Of a DNA stretch of 64,000 bases, positions 26,102-38,715 are shown piece by piece. Positions within the stretch are counted from its first letter, which is position 1; each line of letters opens with the position of its first letter. Position numbers and translations under genes: made by a program. Source of the DNA: Octopus sinensis (Eukaryota); NCBI RefSeq assembly GCF_006345805.1, contig NC_043002.1, positions 49,662,001 to 49,726,000 on the forward strand, written 5' to 3'. The notes under the pieces were generated by a model. The model worked only from the letters and a program-made list of their open reading frames with translations, had not been told where the DNA came from and made no database searches.

Positions 26102-27763
26102 CTCTAGTTAATCGTTTCCAAATTATTTTTTTGCTGACATGGTATCATGTGTTTTTTTACGTTAAATTACATCATCGATAAATAGCTATGCTATAAGATC
26201 TTAGGTTGCTCCCAGTCAAGAACTGATGCACCTGTGAATTCCCTTCTTGAATTACACTCATGTAACCCTTAGTACGTCTTTGGGTCATCACCTAAGCTTC
26301 GACTTCATGTAGTGTATGAAAAGAAAATGGCAGTTTGAGCCTCATGGAGTTCAGCCCCTCTCCGAATTAAGACCACAAATCGCTGATTCAAAAAGCAAAT
26401 CGAAACTGCAGCACAGATTCAGCTTGCTGAAATGTACTATAAATCAATGTTCCTCGTCCGAACTTCACTTAACTTCCCATTAGATAAGGTAAAAACCCCA
26501 TTCGGTTGTGAATGGCCATGGGATTGCACCTAGAAAGTTACCCTACGATGCACAAGTCCAGGCAAGGTTGTTTATGGAAGATCAGCAGTCACCCATGCAT
26601 ACCAGCCCCCCCTCTACATTTCTACAGCTAACTGAACTGGAGCAACATGAAATAAAGTGCCTTCCTCAAGAACACAATACACAACACAATCCGAGAATCG
26701 AACTCATTCCCACATGATTGTGAGCCCCACGCTCTAACCACCGAGCCATGCACCTTCATAAATAAAATACACATCTTTAGCAAACGTGAAAGCGCTGTTC
26801 AGCTCTGGTTACCATCGCCAAACACTGCAATTTTAGATGACTGCATATACACCATAGGACGCGAACGTTTGCCTCTTGTTATGCCTTATGATTGTAGTTA
26901 CCATCGACAAACCATGTGCTAAAACATTTGTCTAACCCTTTTGGTATCTATCTGTTCGAGACCGCTTCTGGTTTTACGTTACAAACTTCCTATTTTAAAG
27001 TGCTATGAATTAAAAGCTCCCATCAAAATTTGTTGTTAATTTACATTTCACACTAAGAAAAGCTTGTGATATATGTTCTGAATAAAACGGTGAGCTGGTA
27101 GAATCGTTAACATGCTGGACGAAATGCCGCTAAGCATTTACGTTCTGAGTTCAAATTCCACCGAGGTCGACTTTACCTTTTATCCTTTCTGGGTTTATAA
27201 AACAAATATCAGATGAGTACAGGAATCGATGTAATCAACTTACCGCCATCGTTGAAATTGCTAGCCTTGTGCCAAAATTTGAAACAAATTTACATTCCAA
27301 ATACTAGCTTAATAATGTCAAAATTATTAAATTAAATTCATTATTCTCCAAAATTGAAACAAAGCTGGTGTAGTAATTTAATACAAATATGACACGTCAC
27401 ATCTAAAAACAGAGTTCCTCCTATTCAGCTTTGTCATCAGCTGTGTGTGGACTTTTTTTTATTGCTACCATTAATGTCCCATATGTAGCCCCTCTCACAT
27501 CGGAAGATATTTATCTGTGTTACAGGACCTAAAAATGTTGTTAAGAAGTATGTCGTTACCAATGTGTACGATGACATCATATTTGACAGCACTTAAAGAA
27601 ATGGCTGCGGGAAAACATCCTGACATTGGATGTGAGGCAAACCAAAATAAATAAACATGGAAGATAAATATATTTAATCTTCTATCTTTAAACTTTTGAT
27701 ATTTTACTTGTTTCACTCATTGGACTGCGGCCATGCTGGTGCACCGTCTTGAAGGGTTTAGTC

Positions 27764-28321
27764 CAGAGTTCTCAACCATTTTTTTTCTTTATTTATCTAT
27801 GAACCCCTTCGATTACTATTTAATTCTAGTAGAGCCACTATAGCCACTCGATGTTTAAAAACTAGCTTTATAGAAACTTCTTTCAAAAGGCGGCGAGCTG
27901 GCAGAATCGTTAGCACGCCGGGCGAAATCCTTAGCGGCATTTCGTCTGCCGCTACGTTCTGAGTTCAAATTCCGCCGAGGTCGACTTTGTCTTTCATCCC
28001 TTCGGGGTCGATAAGTTAAGTACCAGTTATGCACTGGGGTCGATGTAATCGACTTAATCTCTTTGTCTACCCTTGTTTGTCCCCTCTATGTTTAGCTCCT
28101 TGTGGGGCAATAAAGAAATAAGAAACTTCTTTCAAAATTCCTATTTAGTTTACACACATTCTCTTGTTTAGGTTAAACTATGTAAAATGTTAGAGAAAGT
28201 AACTCAGCTGTTTCTTGCAATACAAAAATCTAAAGTAAAGTTTTTTTTCAGGGACTCTTAAAATACTATTGTGGACTCTAAAAACCCTCAGGACCACAAG
28301 GACTCTGGTTGAGAGTCACTG
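27764..28321. mobile_element. hAT-like MITE (hosting a SINE A, itself inserted in a SINE B)
   Basis: Ends CAGAGTTCTCAACC and GGTTGAGAGTCACTG; 8-bp TSD GTTTAGTC at 27756-63 and 28322-29. A related partial copy lies at ~6457-6750. Confidence 0.85.
27889..28120 (+). mobile_element. Full-length monomeric SINE family A (232 bp) with 17-bp TSD
   Basis: Head GGCGGCGAGCTGGCAGAATCGTTAGC, B-box GAGTTCAAATTCC; TSD AGAAACTTCTTTCAAAA at 27872-27888 and 28121-28137. Confidence 0.93.
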
Positions 28322-28869
28322 GTTTAGTCGACCAAATCGACTCCAGAACTTATTTTAAGTCTGGCATTTTTGAAATGGATACTAGCCCGAAGAATATCGA
28401 TAACTCGCACTAAATGGGTACTTTATTCTACCGACCACCTATGGTTGTGGTTGTTAAAGGATTTGAACGCAGTACGTAAAAAGCCGTAATTTTACAAAGC
28501 ATTTGATCTGTTGCTCAAACTAGTCTGACATTTTACTGTATAAAGTAAGTATTACTTCCGATTTGTCGCATAAAATCCATCGATCTCCAGTCTCTTACTG
28601 GTACTTTAATTTATCGATCTCTCTACTAAAGGAACAAGGCCTGAAATTTTCACTGGTACTTAATTTATCGACTGCAAAAAGATGAAAAGCAAAGTTTACC
28701 TCGGCGAAATTTGAACCCAGATCGTAAAGACAGACAAAATTCCGCGAAGCAGTTTTACCCGACATGCTAATGATTTTGCCAGCTCACAGACTTCAAATAA
28801 TAATGTTTTATTTATTAACCACTAGGGGGTTGACAAAAAACATAAAAGCGCGTAAAAAATGAAGTAGCA

Positions 28870-29011
28870 TCCGTGGGTGTGTAGTCCCAACCACATGATT
28901 CCCAGTTCAGTGTTTCTGCGTGGCACCTTGGGCAAGTGTCTTCGACTATAGTCTGGAGTCGACCAAAGCCTTGTGAGTGGGTTTGGTAGACGGAAACTGA
29001 AAGCAGCTCGT

Positions 29012-29042
<31 letters not shown>

Positions 29043-29307
29043 ATATATATATATATATAGGTAAACAGTAAAAATAATTACAGACATGGACAAGAACATG
29101 AAACACCACAGAGACGACACAAGAACCACAGGACGGGACATTCGAAGCCCTCAGTCATCAGTCAAGAACCAGATCATCTTAGCAATTTCGGCTGATTAAT
29201 CTTGAGATTGCTCCGATATGGGCAGCCCGCCAAGGGAAATCTAAGCCAAGCGCATTAGATCCCCTGGAAGAAAGCTTCGAATGTATACAACACGAGGACG
29301 GAAAACG

Positions 29308-29343
<36 letters not shown>

Positions 29344-29578
29344 CATACATACATACATGTGTGTGTGTGTGTGTGTGTATGTTTATGTGTTTGCCCCTCC
29401 ATCATCACTTGACAATCAACGTTGCTGTGTTTACGTCACTGTGACTTAGCGGTTCGGCAAAAAGAAGACGAACGAAGAAATACTAGGCTTACAAAGAATA
29501 AGTCCTGGGGTCGATCTGTTTGAATAAAGGCGTTGCTCCAGCATGACCGCAATCAAATGACTGAAACAAGTAAAAGAA
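28870..29578 (+). mobile_element. SINE family B interrupted in its central microsatellite by a PLE-like fragment (~29060-29310)
   Basis: B head 28870-29010, B tail 29390-29578; the insert is homologous to 14108-14232 and 62524-62634. Confidence 0.8.
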
Positions 29579-29771
29579 AATACTAACAAACAAAAACCTT
29601 CGGAAAAAGAATAGTTCTCCAAATTTGGGGTTAACTTTGAGGGCTGTTCGTACAAACCCCTCGGAAAGCACAGTCTCAATGACCGCTAAAGCAGGCACCT
29701 TTCCCAATCAGTCTAATAACGCATGCTCAGGGTAGGCTCATCCTTTCAGGGTCGATAAAATAAGAACCAGT

Positions 29772-30188
29772 GGATCTTTTCGGTTTGAACGGCAGTTTTT
29801 TAAAATAATTTCCACGTAACTAAACACTTTTAAACTTCGTATACTGGTAGAATGTGTTTATAAAACATCTTTTTCTCTTGGCCTTATTGAGAAAATTCTA
29901 TAGTTTGTAAGATATTTGTTGTTTTTTTCTTTCAATTTCTGCAATTTCAACCAATCAGTGACGTCTATTGAGGTAAAAAAACATGTGCCGTATGAATATG
30001 TCCCTCATTTAAGAAACAGATTGGGTTTATTTACATTTGAGAAGAAAAAAAAGATACCCTTCCCCCCACACCTAACCCTAACCCTAAAACAGATTGAAAT
30101 GCAACAGATCGATACTAGGGTCATAATTATGGGTGACAATTTCATATGACACCGCTAGAAAAAATTGCCGTTCAAACCGAAAAGATCT
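29772..30188. mobile_element. MITE with 8-bp TSD, superfamily unassigned
   Basis: TIR GATCTTTTCGGTTTGAACGGCA at both ends; TSD GAACCAGT at 29764-71 and 30189-96. Confidence 0.9.
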
Positions 30189-31047
30189 GAACCAGTTAAA
30201 CACTGGGGTCGATTAAATGGACCTTACCCCTCACCACAAACTTGCTGGCCTCGTGCCAAAATTTGAAATGAGTCAATAATAATAATAATCCTTTCTACTA
30301 CTATGAATACAAGGCCTAGAATTTTCAAGGAAGAGCTAAGCGATTACATCGACCCCCGTGCTTGACTTGTAGTTATTTTATCGATTCCAAGAGGATAAAA
30401 GGCAAAGTCGACCTTGTAAGCATTAATCCTATAATAACAGATAAAGTTCCATTTGTTTCCACGGTTATGCTATTGAAACTCATACACTCAAGTCGGGACT
30501 CAAAATAAAAGCTGAGTGACGACCTACACTTAACACTTTCACCTCTATTTAGTGCCTTTATAAATAAAGCAGGGCATATGTCGTGATAGGGTCTCAATAA
30601 TAGGCAATATGAGGCGGGAGGAGGAGTATAAGTGAGACCACCACCACCACCACCACTATCTCCACCACCACCACCACTAATACTGCCACCGGTTGTAAAC
30701 AAAAGCAGGATAACAACACAGGAAGTCATCGGAAAGGTAAGTCGACACTTGAAACTGGAATAGAGGAAGTGATTAAGTCACGTGAGAGCAGAAATTTACG
30801 AGAGAGAAAAAGCAGAGAAGAGAGAGAGAGAGAGAGAGAGAGCGAAGGGGGAGACAGACAGACAGACTGGCAGAAAGACTGGATTGGATGTACGAGGGAA
30901 AGGGGAAGTAGAATGGAAAGAGAACAAGCAGGAGACAGCGTGTAAAGAAATGGAAAGAGTAAGAGAAAAATGATAGGAAAAGTGGACGGATGGAGAGAGG
31001 AGACAGGCATATACAGTGAAGGGAAACAGAGCTGTCATAAACAAGGG

Positions 31048-31102
<55 letters not shown>

Positions 31103-31705
31103 ATAGAAAGAGTCAGAAAACAGCGATTGAGAAAGTGAGAGAAAACAGACACATACAGATAGATAGATAGATAGAGTGAGAAAGAGAAGTAGAAAGGCAT
31201 AGGAAAACAGTCGTTAGAAAGATGAAAGGAAGGAAAGGCAGAGTTAGAGAAAAATCATTGAGAAAGTGAGAGAAGACACGGAGAGAAAGAGAGAGAGAGA
31301 GAGACAGACAGACAGAGAGACAGACCGAAAGACTGGAGGGAAAACTAGCAACGAAAACTACAGAGAGAGAGAGGGAGTGAGTGAGAAGGAGATAGACATA
31401 AAGAATGCTACTGAGGTGAGAGTAAGAGACAAACACATATAAAGAGAAAGAAAGGTTATAAAGAAGTAAGGAAGGTATTGTTGGATTGCAAAAGGATACA
31501 AAGGAGGAGGAAGTAGTAGGGGAAGTACTGGTGTTGGAGGCAGTAACGGTGGCGATGAAGAAATAAATAAATAAATATATATATATATATATACTAAGCA
31601 ATAAGGGTTCAGCAACGAATTGCCTTACCACATACCGAATTTAGAAATAGCAGTCAAAGGGTTATAGCTATTTCTTCTACTAAAAAGGGAGATCTCAGTA
31701 AAAAC

Positions 31706-31772
<67 letters not shown>

Positions 31773-31775
31773 ATG

Positions 31776-32051
31776 TGGAGGCGCAATGGCCCAGTGGTTA
31801 GAGCAGCGGACTCGCGGTCGTAGGATCGCGGTTTCGATTCCCAGAAAACACCTAAAGCTCCACGAGGCTCCGGCAGGGGGTGGTGGTGATCCCTGCTGTA
31901 CCATTTCGCCACAGCTTTCTCTCACTCTTTCTTTTGTTGGCCTGCTCCCTTAGCCAGCGGGGTGGCGTCATTTGAAGGCTAAAACAATGCGAAGCGCATT
32001 GTGACTAGTGATGTGTAGCAACATTTGATAGCCTGGTTGGTCACGGTGATA
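31776..32051 (+). mobile_element. tRNA-derived SINE family D
   Basis: Head TGGAGGCGCAATGGCCCAGTGGTTAG...GGTTTCGATTCC; homologues at 49357-49664 and 63436 onward. Confidence 0.85.
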
Positions 32052-32240
32052 TATAATAATATAAATAATATATATAAATGTATTTATACATGCATACATG
32101 TACATACCTACATATATATGTATATATGCATATATGGGTACAGGACGTAAAACAAAACCCTGGAAAACGAACTTTTTTTCGAAAAACGGAAGAAAACAAA
32201 GAAACGAGATACAAAGAACAATTCCTTCATCAGCTGTCCC

Positions 32241-32298
32241 CTGTTTTATCTACTCTGCATTTCGAACGTTAGGACAATATGCGTCTTCGTCAAAACAG
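32241..32298 (-). ncRNA. Decayed hammerhead-like motif in a PLE-like fragment between TA repeats
   Basis: Minus strand CTGTTT-TGACGA-AGACG...CGTTC-GAAA...GAT-A-AAACAG. Stem I pairs, core C3 is missing, stem III is poor; a second CTGATGA follows. Confidence 0.33.
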
Positions 32299-32450
32299 TC
32301 GTTCCCGTAAAGCAAAATAAATAAAATTTGGGATTTGCGATATATATATATATACATACATATATATATATATACACAGTGAAAAAAATATTTGATAAAA
32401 GAAGGAAAATGCATACAATTTATATATTTTAAAGAATAGAATATTATGGT

Positions 32451-32752
32451 AGTCTACCGGTTTCGCGTTGAAACCGGTAGACTCCATCAACGTCGATTTG
32501 ATGGAGGGAGTGAGCTATAATGCATAGTACAAGAATTTGATCACAAATCACTATAAACAAATCATCCGTGCAGGTTATTCAGCAAGAAACTGCAGAACTC
32601 TGCACGACAGGAGAGTCAGATGGATTCTCCCGTCGAAGACCGACGTCCGAGTTTTCAGCATTTGCCGAACGATCGTCACAAATTATTTATTTATAGTGAT
32701 CAAAATGTATGTGCCATACATTTAGTTCACTCTCTCCATCAAATCGACGTTG
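32451..32752 (-). mobile_element. Helentron/HINE-like non-autonomous element (inverted repeats plus terminal hairpin)
   Basis: 26-bp IR at 32488-32513 / 32727-32752 (1 mismatch); adjacent 14-bp-stem hairpin at 32451-32483; no TSD seen. Confidence 0.55.
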
Positions 32753-33110
32753 CCTGAACAGGCGCACAGTGTACCATGCATCAGGTGTCGAAGCGATCGC
32801 ATAGCAACGTGCGATGATGGGGTTTGCTCAAGAACACAACGCACCATCCGGTCTGGTAACTGAAATCATGATCACCAGATCGTGAGTGGCACACCCTTAA
32901 CCACTAACACATGTGTCGCCGTGTATGTATATTATACATTTTTTTTGATAAGTGCCAACGCACAAAACTCTCGGACCTTGAGTCACTCAGTTATTTCTGC
33001 TAAATATAACATATATATATATATATATAATCAAAATAAGCAACAAGGATATCCAGAAGTAATACAGTACGATCGTTTCACGCAACTCCATTTGATTGAA
33101 CAATGTAACC

Positions 33111-33340
33111 TATTTCTTTATTACCTACAAGGGGCTAAACACAGAGGGGACAAACAAGGACAGACATAGGTATTAAGTCGATTACATCGACCCCAGTGCG
33201 TAACTGGTACTTAATTAATCGACCCCGAAAGGATGAAAGGAAAAGTCGACCTCGGCGGAATTTGAACTCAGAACGTAACGGCAGAGGAAATACGGCTACG
33301 CAATTCGTCCGACGTGCTAATGTTTCTGCCAGCTCGCTAT
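33111..33340 (-). mobile_element. Monomeric SINE family A with 8-bp TSD
   Basis: Homologous to 27889-28120; ATGTAACC at 33103-33110 and 33341-33348. Confidence 0.85.
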
Positions 33341-33557
33341 ATGTAACCATTATGAACAATGGTTTGAACAATGTAACCATTACATCAATTCAAATGCAGA
33401 GCAATCCTCAGCGGCACAAAGACATAGAATTTAATTAAATTAAAACAGATGGACGCATTAGTATAATTTTGCCTAAAATCTCCAAGAGGTTAAGGAGATA
33501 GACAAAGAACATTTTTGCCCTTCCTTCCACTTAGAAGCTACTGAAACAAGTAAAAGA

Positions 33558-33629
<72 letters not shown>

Positions 33630-33967
33630 AGACAGGTACAGTTCAAGGACTCTAGTATAACCCAAGTTCTGACTAACCGCATCGAAAGATATGGGATAAC
33701 GTGGGATTTTTAAAGGTAAATCTTGAGTTCGCTTCGTTGGATTATAAACTGTTTACTGAGTGTATATCCAATGCAATTCTAATAAATAACATTGCAAGAT
33801 ATCTATGCAGCAGAATCATATGTTGGACAGAGTTTTAAATTTAAAATGCTGTATAAACGATTGTAATAATAGAAACTGGTTGTATAATTCTCCTTATTTT
33901 AATTATTTTAACCATCTTGCGCACGCGCTAAAACACACACACACACCACACACACACACACACACAC

Positions 33968-34000
<33 letters not shown>

Positions 34001-34495
34001 ACATGGCTGTGTGGTAAGAAGCTTGCTTCCCAACCACATGGTTCTGGGTTCAGTCCCATTGCGTGGCACTTAGCAAATGTCTTCTATTATAAACATCGGG
34101 CCGAACAAAGCCTTCACAGTGGATTTGGTAGACAGAAACTGAAAGAAGCGCGCCGTATATGTGTGTGTGTGTGTGTCTTTCTTTCTGTCTTTGCCCCCCC
34201 CCCCACAACTACTTGACAACCGGTGTTGGTGTGTTTGCATTCCCATAACTTAGCAGTTGGGTAAGAGAAACTGGTAGAATAAAAAAAAGAAAAAAAGGAA
34301 GTACTGGATTTGATTCATTCAACTAAAACTCTTTAAGACGATGGTTTAGCATAGCCGCAAGTAATAGATAAAAGATACACACACACACACACATACATAC
34401 AAAGGGAGAGTTTACGAAAAAAAAAACAAAAGACGAAGACAGGTGGTGTACAAAACAAACAGATGTATTAGTATAACGCTCGGGTATAGAAAAAG

Positions 34496-34532
34496 TCTTT
34501 TACGTTTCGAGCCTACGCTCTTCTACAGAAAG
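34496..34532 (-). ncRNA. Minimal hammerhead variant (CUGUAGA core) in a PLE-like repeat at ~34410-34608
   Basis: Minus strand CTTT-CTGTAGA-A-GAGC(gtag)GCTC-GAA-ACGT-A-AAAG. Confidence 0.58.
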
Positions 34533-34609
34533 GGACACAGAAAAAACAAGGAGAGAAACAAGGAGAGAAAAAAATGTGTGTAGTGGCTAACGATCTATCA
34601 TGGCGACTG

Positions 34610-34682
<73 letters not shown>

Positions 34683-36804
34683 AGCGAATTTTGGCGGGAG
34701 TTTGAAAAATAAAAATAGAAACACGTAATGGGACATAACTAACTAAACGACTACATAATTGAATAACATTTAATCCGTTTTTGCCACTAACACCAACCGT
34801 CTGTGTTCCCAAGTGAACAAACATTAGCGTATATTTATTTGGACCAAGGAATTTGGCATTAGACAGATATACAATATAAAACAGAGGAAACTTTGGAAAG
34901 AAGGTATTTGAATGTTAATTTTTCTGTGGTGATGGTGTGGTATAGGTTGTTGTATGGATGGTCAATTTTTTGTTTTACTAAGTGGGCAGTAAGGAAGTGT
35001 GTGGTCAACTGGAGGAATCAGAATGACAAAAATGTACTAATGTGAGACTAAAGTCTAAATGATAAAAAAAAAAAAATCAAAATTGTTTTAAATAAAATAA
35101 AAAATAAAATAAATAACAGCATTGCTATTTGGAGAAAAGAGTTTTGGCATTATCTAGATTGATTGCTGAATAGGATAAAAGGGGTATGTATATGTAAGTG
35201 AGTAGAGAATACACGATCATGTGTATGGGTATGTATAACATTGTGGTTGAGTGCGTGTAAGGTTTTGCGTGTGCAAATGTGTCATGATTCATTCATGTAT
35301 GTGTGGATGCCTGTATGTGTGTGTTCAAGTGAGTATTAATATATAAACATATATATATATGTATTTATGCGTGTGTGTGTGTGTGTGTGTGCTTGTGCGT
35401 GCGTAATTATATATGTGTGTGTATGTATGTATGTATATTTGTATACATGTGAGTGTGCTTGTGTGCGTATACATGTGTGTGTGTGTGTATGTATATGTTT
35501 GTATGTGTGAGTGTATGGTTTTGTGAATCTTTATATGTATGCATGTACAAAGTCAGTGAGTGTAGAACTATATGTGCGTATGTGCGTGTGTGCATGTGTG
35601 TGTGTGTGTGTGTAAGTGTGTGCTGGCGCGAGGTTTGGAGGGTGGCAGGCAGGATGGATAGACAGATGATGGATGGGAAAAAACGTGATGTGGAAATGGC
35701 AATTTAAGTTAGAACGTGGAGTTTTAAAGGCAATAAACAACAACAATTGTAATTGCATCGGTTATATATGTATTGTATGTATGTATGTATGTATGTATGT
35801 ATGTATGTATGTATGTGTGTGTGTGTGTGAGTGTGTATGTGTGTGAGAGTTTGGGTGTGTGTGTGTGAGTGTGTGTATGTGTGTGTGTGTGTGTGTGTAG
35901 CTCATTGTGTTTGGGTGGGTGTTCTCATGTCTAACTTGAGAGGTAGGGAGAGAAAAGGAAATAATAACGAGAGAGGGAGAGAGATTGGAGGAAGAAAGAG
36001 AGCGAGATGGAAGAAGAGAGAGAGAGAGGAGAGAGAGAGAGAGAAATGGAGGAAGAAAAGAAGAGAGTGGTACGCAGACTGGGTAAGGTGAGACAGGAAG
36101 TGAAAGAAAGGTTGTGTGACTGAAGGTGGGAGAGAAAGTGAGAGAGAGAGAGAGAGAAGAGAGAGAGAGGAGAGAGGAAAGAGGAGAGAGGTACAGTCTG
36201 TGTATGAGGGCGTTGCGAGAGAAAAGGTGACAATGAAGGAGAGAGGGAGGGAGAGAAAAAGAGAGAGAGATAGAGAGATCATATAAGAGTGCTGGATCAA
36301 GAATGGGTGACAAGCAGATAAAGGGAGAGAGCGAGTGACAGAGTAAGATAAAGAGAAAGAAAGAGAGGGTGATAGAAGATAAAGTGAGAGAGAATAGGAG
36401 AGTGACAGAATACAAAGAGAGAGAGAGAGGGAGAGAGACAGAGACGAAGTCATTGCAAGGTCTTGCAAGATTTTGTCTAATTGAGAGGTGGAAGGAAGGA
36501 GGTAGGGAGAGAGAGCGATAGAATAGAGATTGGGAGACAAAAGGTTTTCTCGGAGAGAGAGAGAGAGGAAAAGAGAGAAAAATAGAGAAAGATAAAGAGG
36601 GAGTATAAGTGTCAAACCGAGAGATTGTCATATATTTTACACACATATACACACATACACACACATACATATATATACACACACGCACACACATATATAT
36701 ATACACACACACACATACATACATACACACATATATATACACACACAAATATATACACACACACACATATATACACACACACACATATATACACACACAC
36801 ACAT

Positions 36805-36837
<33 letters not shown>

Positions 36838-38151
36838 CATATATACATATACATACACACACATATAGAGAGGAAGAACGAGAAAGGCCGAGAGGTACAG
36901 GGAGAGATACAAATAAAGAGAGCGATAAAATTAGAGGTACATATATGTATGCATATATATATATTGAGCGGAGGGAAGAGTTAGGGGAGAGAGAGAGTGA
37001 GTGAGAGGGAGAGAGAGAGAGAGAGAGAGGGAGAAGCCGACAATCCAATTGCTGTTGCTAATACACAATTAGTATAGAAGTAATAATTTCTGACAAGCTC
37101 GGTGAAGATGTATGCAGCGGTGCTTGCAGGCCAACTTACTAGGCATCACTCACTGGCAGTGTCAGTGGTGGTGGCCAGTAGACGGACCGCAGTCAACGTC
37201 ACCACTATGATAAGGAAGTAGTAGTAGTAGTAGTAGTAGTTGTTGTTGTAGTAGTAGTGGTGGTGGTGGCTGTGAGTAGCGATAGATTGATATGGTTGTA
37301 TGTATGTATGTATGTATGTATGTGTTGATTGTATGTGTTGTATGTATGCATGTATGTATGGGTATGCCTAGATGTGTGTGTGTGTATTTGCCATACACCT
37401 ATGAGTGCGTCCGGTGTATATGAATGTGTGTGAGGGAGAGAAAGAGAAGAGAGAGAGAGAGGCTGACAGGGAAAAACAGTAACTGATACACACACATACA
37501 GACACACGCACACACGCAGAATTGTGAGGGAGTGTGATGGAAGATCCATCACTAAATTTTTGTTTACTGCTTGTTGTCTTCGTTATTGTTATTGTTGTTG
37601 TTGAAGCTTCGGTTGCTGTTGTTGTTACTGCTACACTACCAGCGCTTGCTAACCACATCATACTCAGCCCACACTCATCAGCCGCCACCAACGCCGCCTC
37701 CACCACCGCCGCCGCCGCTATAACTACCGCCGCCATGCTGATGGATTAGTGTAGGGCCACGCCATATTACAGAGATCATCAATCGCTGTGTAGCAACTAT
37801 TTTTAATGACTGTATCCACACCGCGTTTACCATCATCAACCACAAATAACACCGAAAACAGGCAAGAACGACTACAACAAGAGCAACAAACACCAACGTC
37901 AGTCAGTATCACCAATCACTAAAAATTATATCCTTACAACCATCACAACCGCCGTTTTGATATCACTACCGTTGTAACACCGATGCCATCATAATTATCA
38001 CTCACATCAACATCCTCGTCATAACCAACGACGCCGTAGATAACATTAGTACAACATACATAGAACCAGGGCTAAGCCTGCCTATCTGTTACGCCCTACT
38101 TTAACAACCACAACTATCAAATACTAAACACCTTCATTGCGGTCAGAAATC

Positions 38152-38715
38152 TTATTTCTTTATTGTCCACAAGGGGTTAACATAGAGAGGACAAACAAGG
38201 ACAGACACACGGATTAAGTCGATTATATCGACCCCAGTGTGTAACTGGTACTTAATTTATCGACCCCCGAAGGGATGAAAGGCAAAGTTGACCTCGGCGG
38301 AATTTGAACTCAGAACGTAGCGGCAGACGAAATACCTATTTCTTTACTACCCACAAGAAGGGACAAACAAGGACAGACACACGGATTAAGTCGATTTCAT
38401 CGACCCAGTGCGTAACTGGTACTTAATTTATCGACCCCGAAAGGATGAAAGGCAAAGTCGACCTCGGCGGAATTTGAACTCAGAACGTAACGGCAGACGA
38501 AATAGCTATTTCTTTACTACCCACAAAGGGCTAAACACAGAGAGGATAGACAAACGGATTAAGTCAATTATATCGACCCCAGTGCGTAAATGGTACTTAA
38601 TTTATCGATCCCGAAAGGCAAAGTTGACCTCGGCGGAATTTGAACTCAGAACATAACGGCAGACGAAATACCGCTAAGTATATCGCCCGGCGTGCTAACG
38701 TTTCTGCCAGCTTCG
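38152..38715 (-). mobile_element. SINE family A trimer (one head plus three body units)
   Basis: Single head near 38715; internal junctions read GAAATACC/TATTTCTTTACTACCC on the plus strand at ~38336 and ~38506. Confidence 0.88.

Noticed and set aside
27889-27975. SINE heads as functional tRNA genes
   Set aside because: A/B boxes are present but there is no complete cloverleaf, and the heads continue into repeat bodies.
34687-34708. E2F plus CHR-like motif TTTGGCGGGAGTTTGAAA (similar at ~58912)
   Set aside because: Spacing is off-consensus, SINE A contains a similar GGCGGAATTTGAA string, and there is no evidence of a gene start.
35762-37048. 428-aa ORF and other long L/S, Y/I, C/V, H/T-rich ORFs
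   Set aside because: Translations of (CT)n, (TA)n, (CA)n and (TACA)n tracts, with overlapping ORFs in several frames and no domain signal.
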